A DNA stretch of 64,000 nucleotides, taken from assembly GCA_900088475.1 (NCBI GenBank), contig FLMG01001193.1, positions 70,866 to 134,865 of the forward strand, in the 5' to 3' direction. This document shows, one piece after another, positions 63,058 to 64,000 of the stretch (position 1 is the first letter of the stretch; every line of letters starts with the position of its first letter). The position numbers and the translations under genes are program-made. The notes beneath the pieces are model-generated. The model was not told the origin of the DNA, searched no databases, and saw nothing but the letters and a program-made list of their open reading frames with translations. The DNA is from Hyphochytrium catenoides. Taxonomy: Eukaryota > Protista > Hyphochytriomycota.

Positions 63058-64000
63058 ATGTCGACAGCCACACCCAGGGCAGAAATCGAGGAGGTGGTGG
63101 AAAGACTAGTGGCCAAGCTTAGGATTTCCGAGGTAAAAAGACCCCCTAGTGCAACCCGATGCTTTTGTTGGCTAACTTGGAGGTGGTAGGGAGGCAAAAA
63201 GGACTATGTCAAACTTCTATTGAGCGGGATCACGGACAAAAACGTCCCGACGATAGCCTACGAGAAGGTTCTTCAACTCGTGCGCGAACGTAATGATCCT
63301 AGCGGCTTTCAAGATGCCTATGCTCGGCTGTACGCTAAGGTGACTACATGCAACCCAGTTGAACTGCTCTTCTGGCTACCCTAAATTTTACGATGGGATC
63401 TTTTAGGACGTTCCGGAGTTAGATAGGCTTATGACGGTGGTCGCAAGAATCGCTAGTGATAAGTCCTTAACGGCGCTGCTAGCAACTGGCAGACACTTGC
63501 AAACTAGCCGAAGTCGTATGATCTCTGGCCCTATAACACCCTCTGTTTCTGCAAAGACGACAGTCACCAATCCTCTCGCAAGCCCTATGGAGTCGCCCGC
63601 CTTGTCAACCATTGGTGCCCACTCCACTCCATCCTCCTTGGCAACACCCAGTCTGAACTTCCGAGCAGGTCGCTTTGATCCTTCGCTGGAAACGCCAAGC
63701 CAGTCTGGACTTTTCACGTCTACTGTGGTGAGATAACTTTCTCACTCTGTGGGGTTACTGCTCTCAAACCGGTGCTGAGCACGATTTACCAGGCACAAGA
63801 CCCACTCTCACCATCGTCTAGAATGCTGCTAGATAATGAGAGCAAGCGAAGGCTGTCTGCATCTGACTTTAGCTCGGATCCAACGCTTATCCATTCCTTA
63901 GGGAAGGATGACGCTCCGCCCTCTCCAGGTAAGGCAATCAAGTATTTGAGGGGCGGTTCGGATTCGCATCACCACCATTATTTAGGGTCAGATCTTAGGA
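63058..64000 (+). CDS. TUBGCP2: Gamma-tubulin complex component 2 (N-terminal part; runs off the window)
   Basis: Spliced EIEEVVERLVAKLRISEGGKKDYVKLL...DPSGFQDAYARLYAKDVPELDRLMTVVARIASDKSL resembles the GCP2 N-terminal helical domain. GRIP domains are not in the window. Confidence 0.7.

Noticed and set aside
1-64000. Alternative genetic code or non-canonical introns as the cause of fragmented ORFs
   Set aside because: The junctions I reconstructed in conserved genes were GT-AG, and TAA, TAG and TGA all act as true stops. Not every intron was checked.

Overview
Gene-dense, intron-rich eukaryotic nuclear DNA (standard code; short GT-AG introns, many with CTRAC-like branch points; two N gaps). 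The DDX6 sequence and the START/FYVE architecture suggest a stramenopile (inference). I spliced about 20 genes by hand: NMT, GPD1, an At4g00755-like F-box protein, a stand-alone intronless DHFR, DDX51, DDX6, mitochondrial GrpE, Cyc8/Ssn6, a zinc-finger protein, Vps39/TGFBRAP1, an intronless DHX16/Prp2, ArfGAP, a cryptic GST that only appears after splicing, a START-rhodanese-DSP-FYVE phosphatase, a mitochondrion-targeted RRM protein, an L7Ae/RPP38-like protein, a GOLD/coiled-coil protein, a complete TERT, ORC5 and the 5' end of GCP2. The best lead is at the right end: TERT and ORC5 are head-to-head around an E2F + CHR (DREAM-like) element, a similar element precedes GCP2, and this ORC5 has lost its Walker A motif. 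No tRNA, rRNA, CRISPR array or intact transposon was recognised. All identities come from remembered motifs, not database searches.
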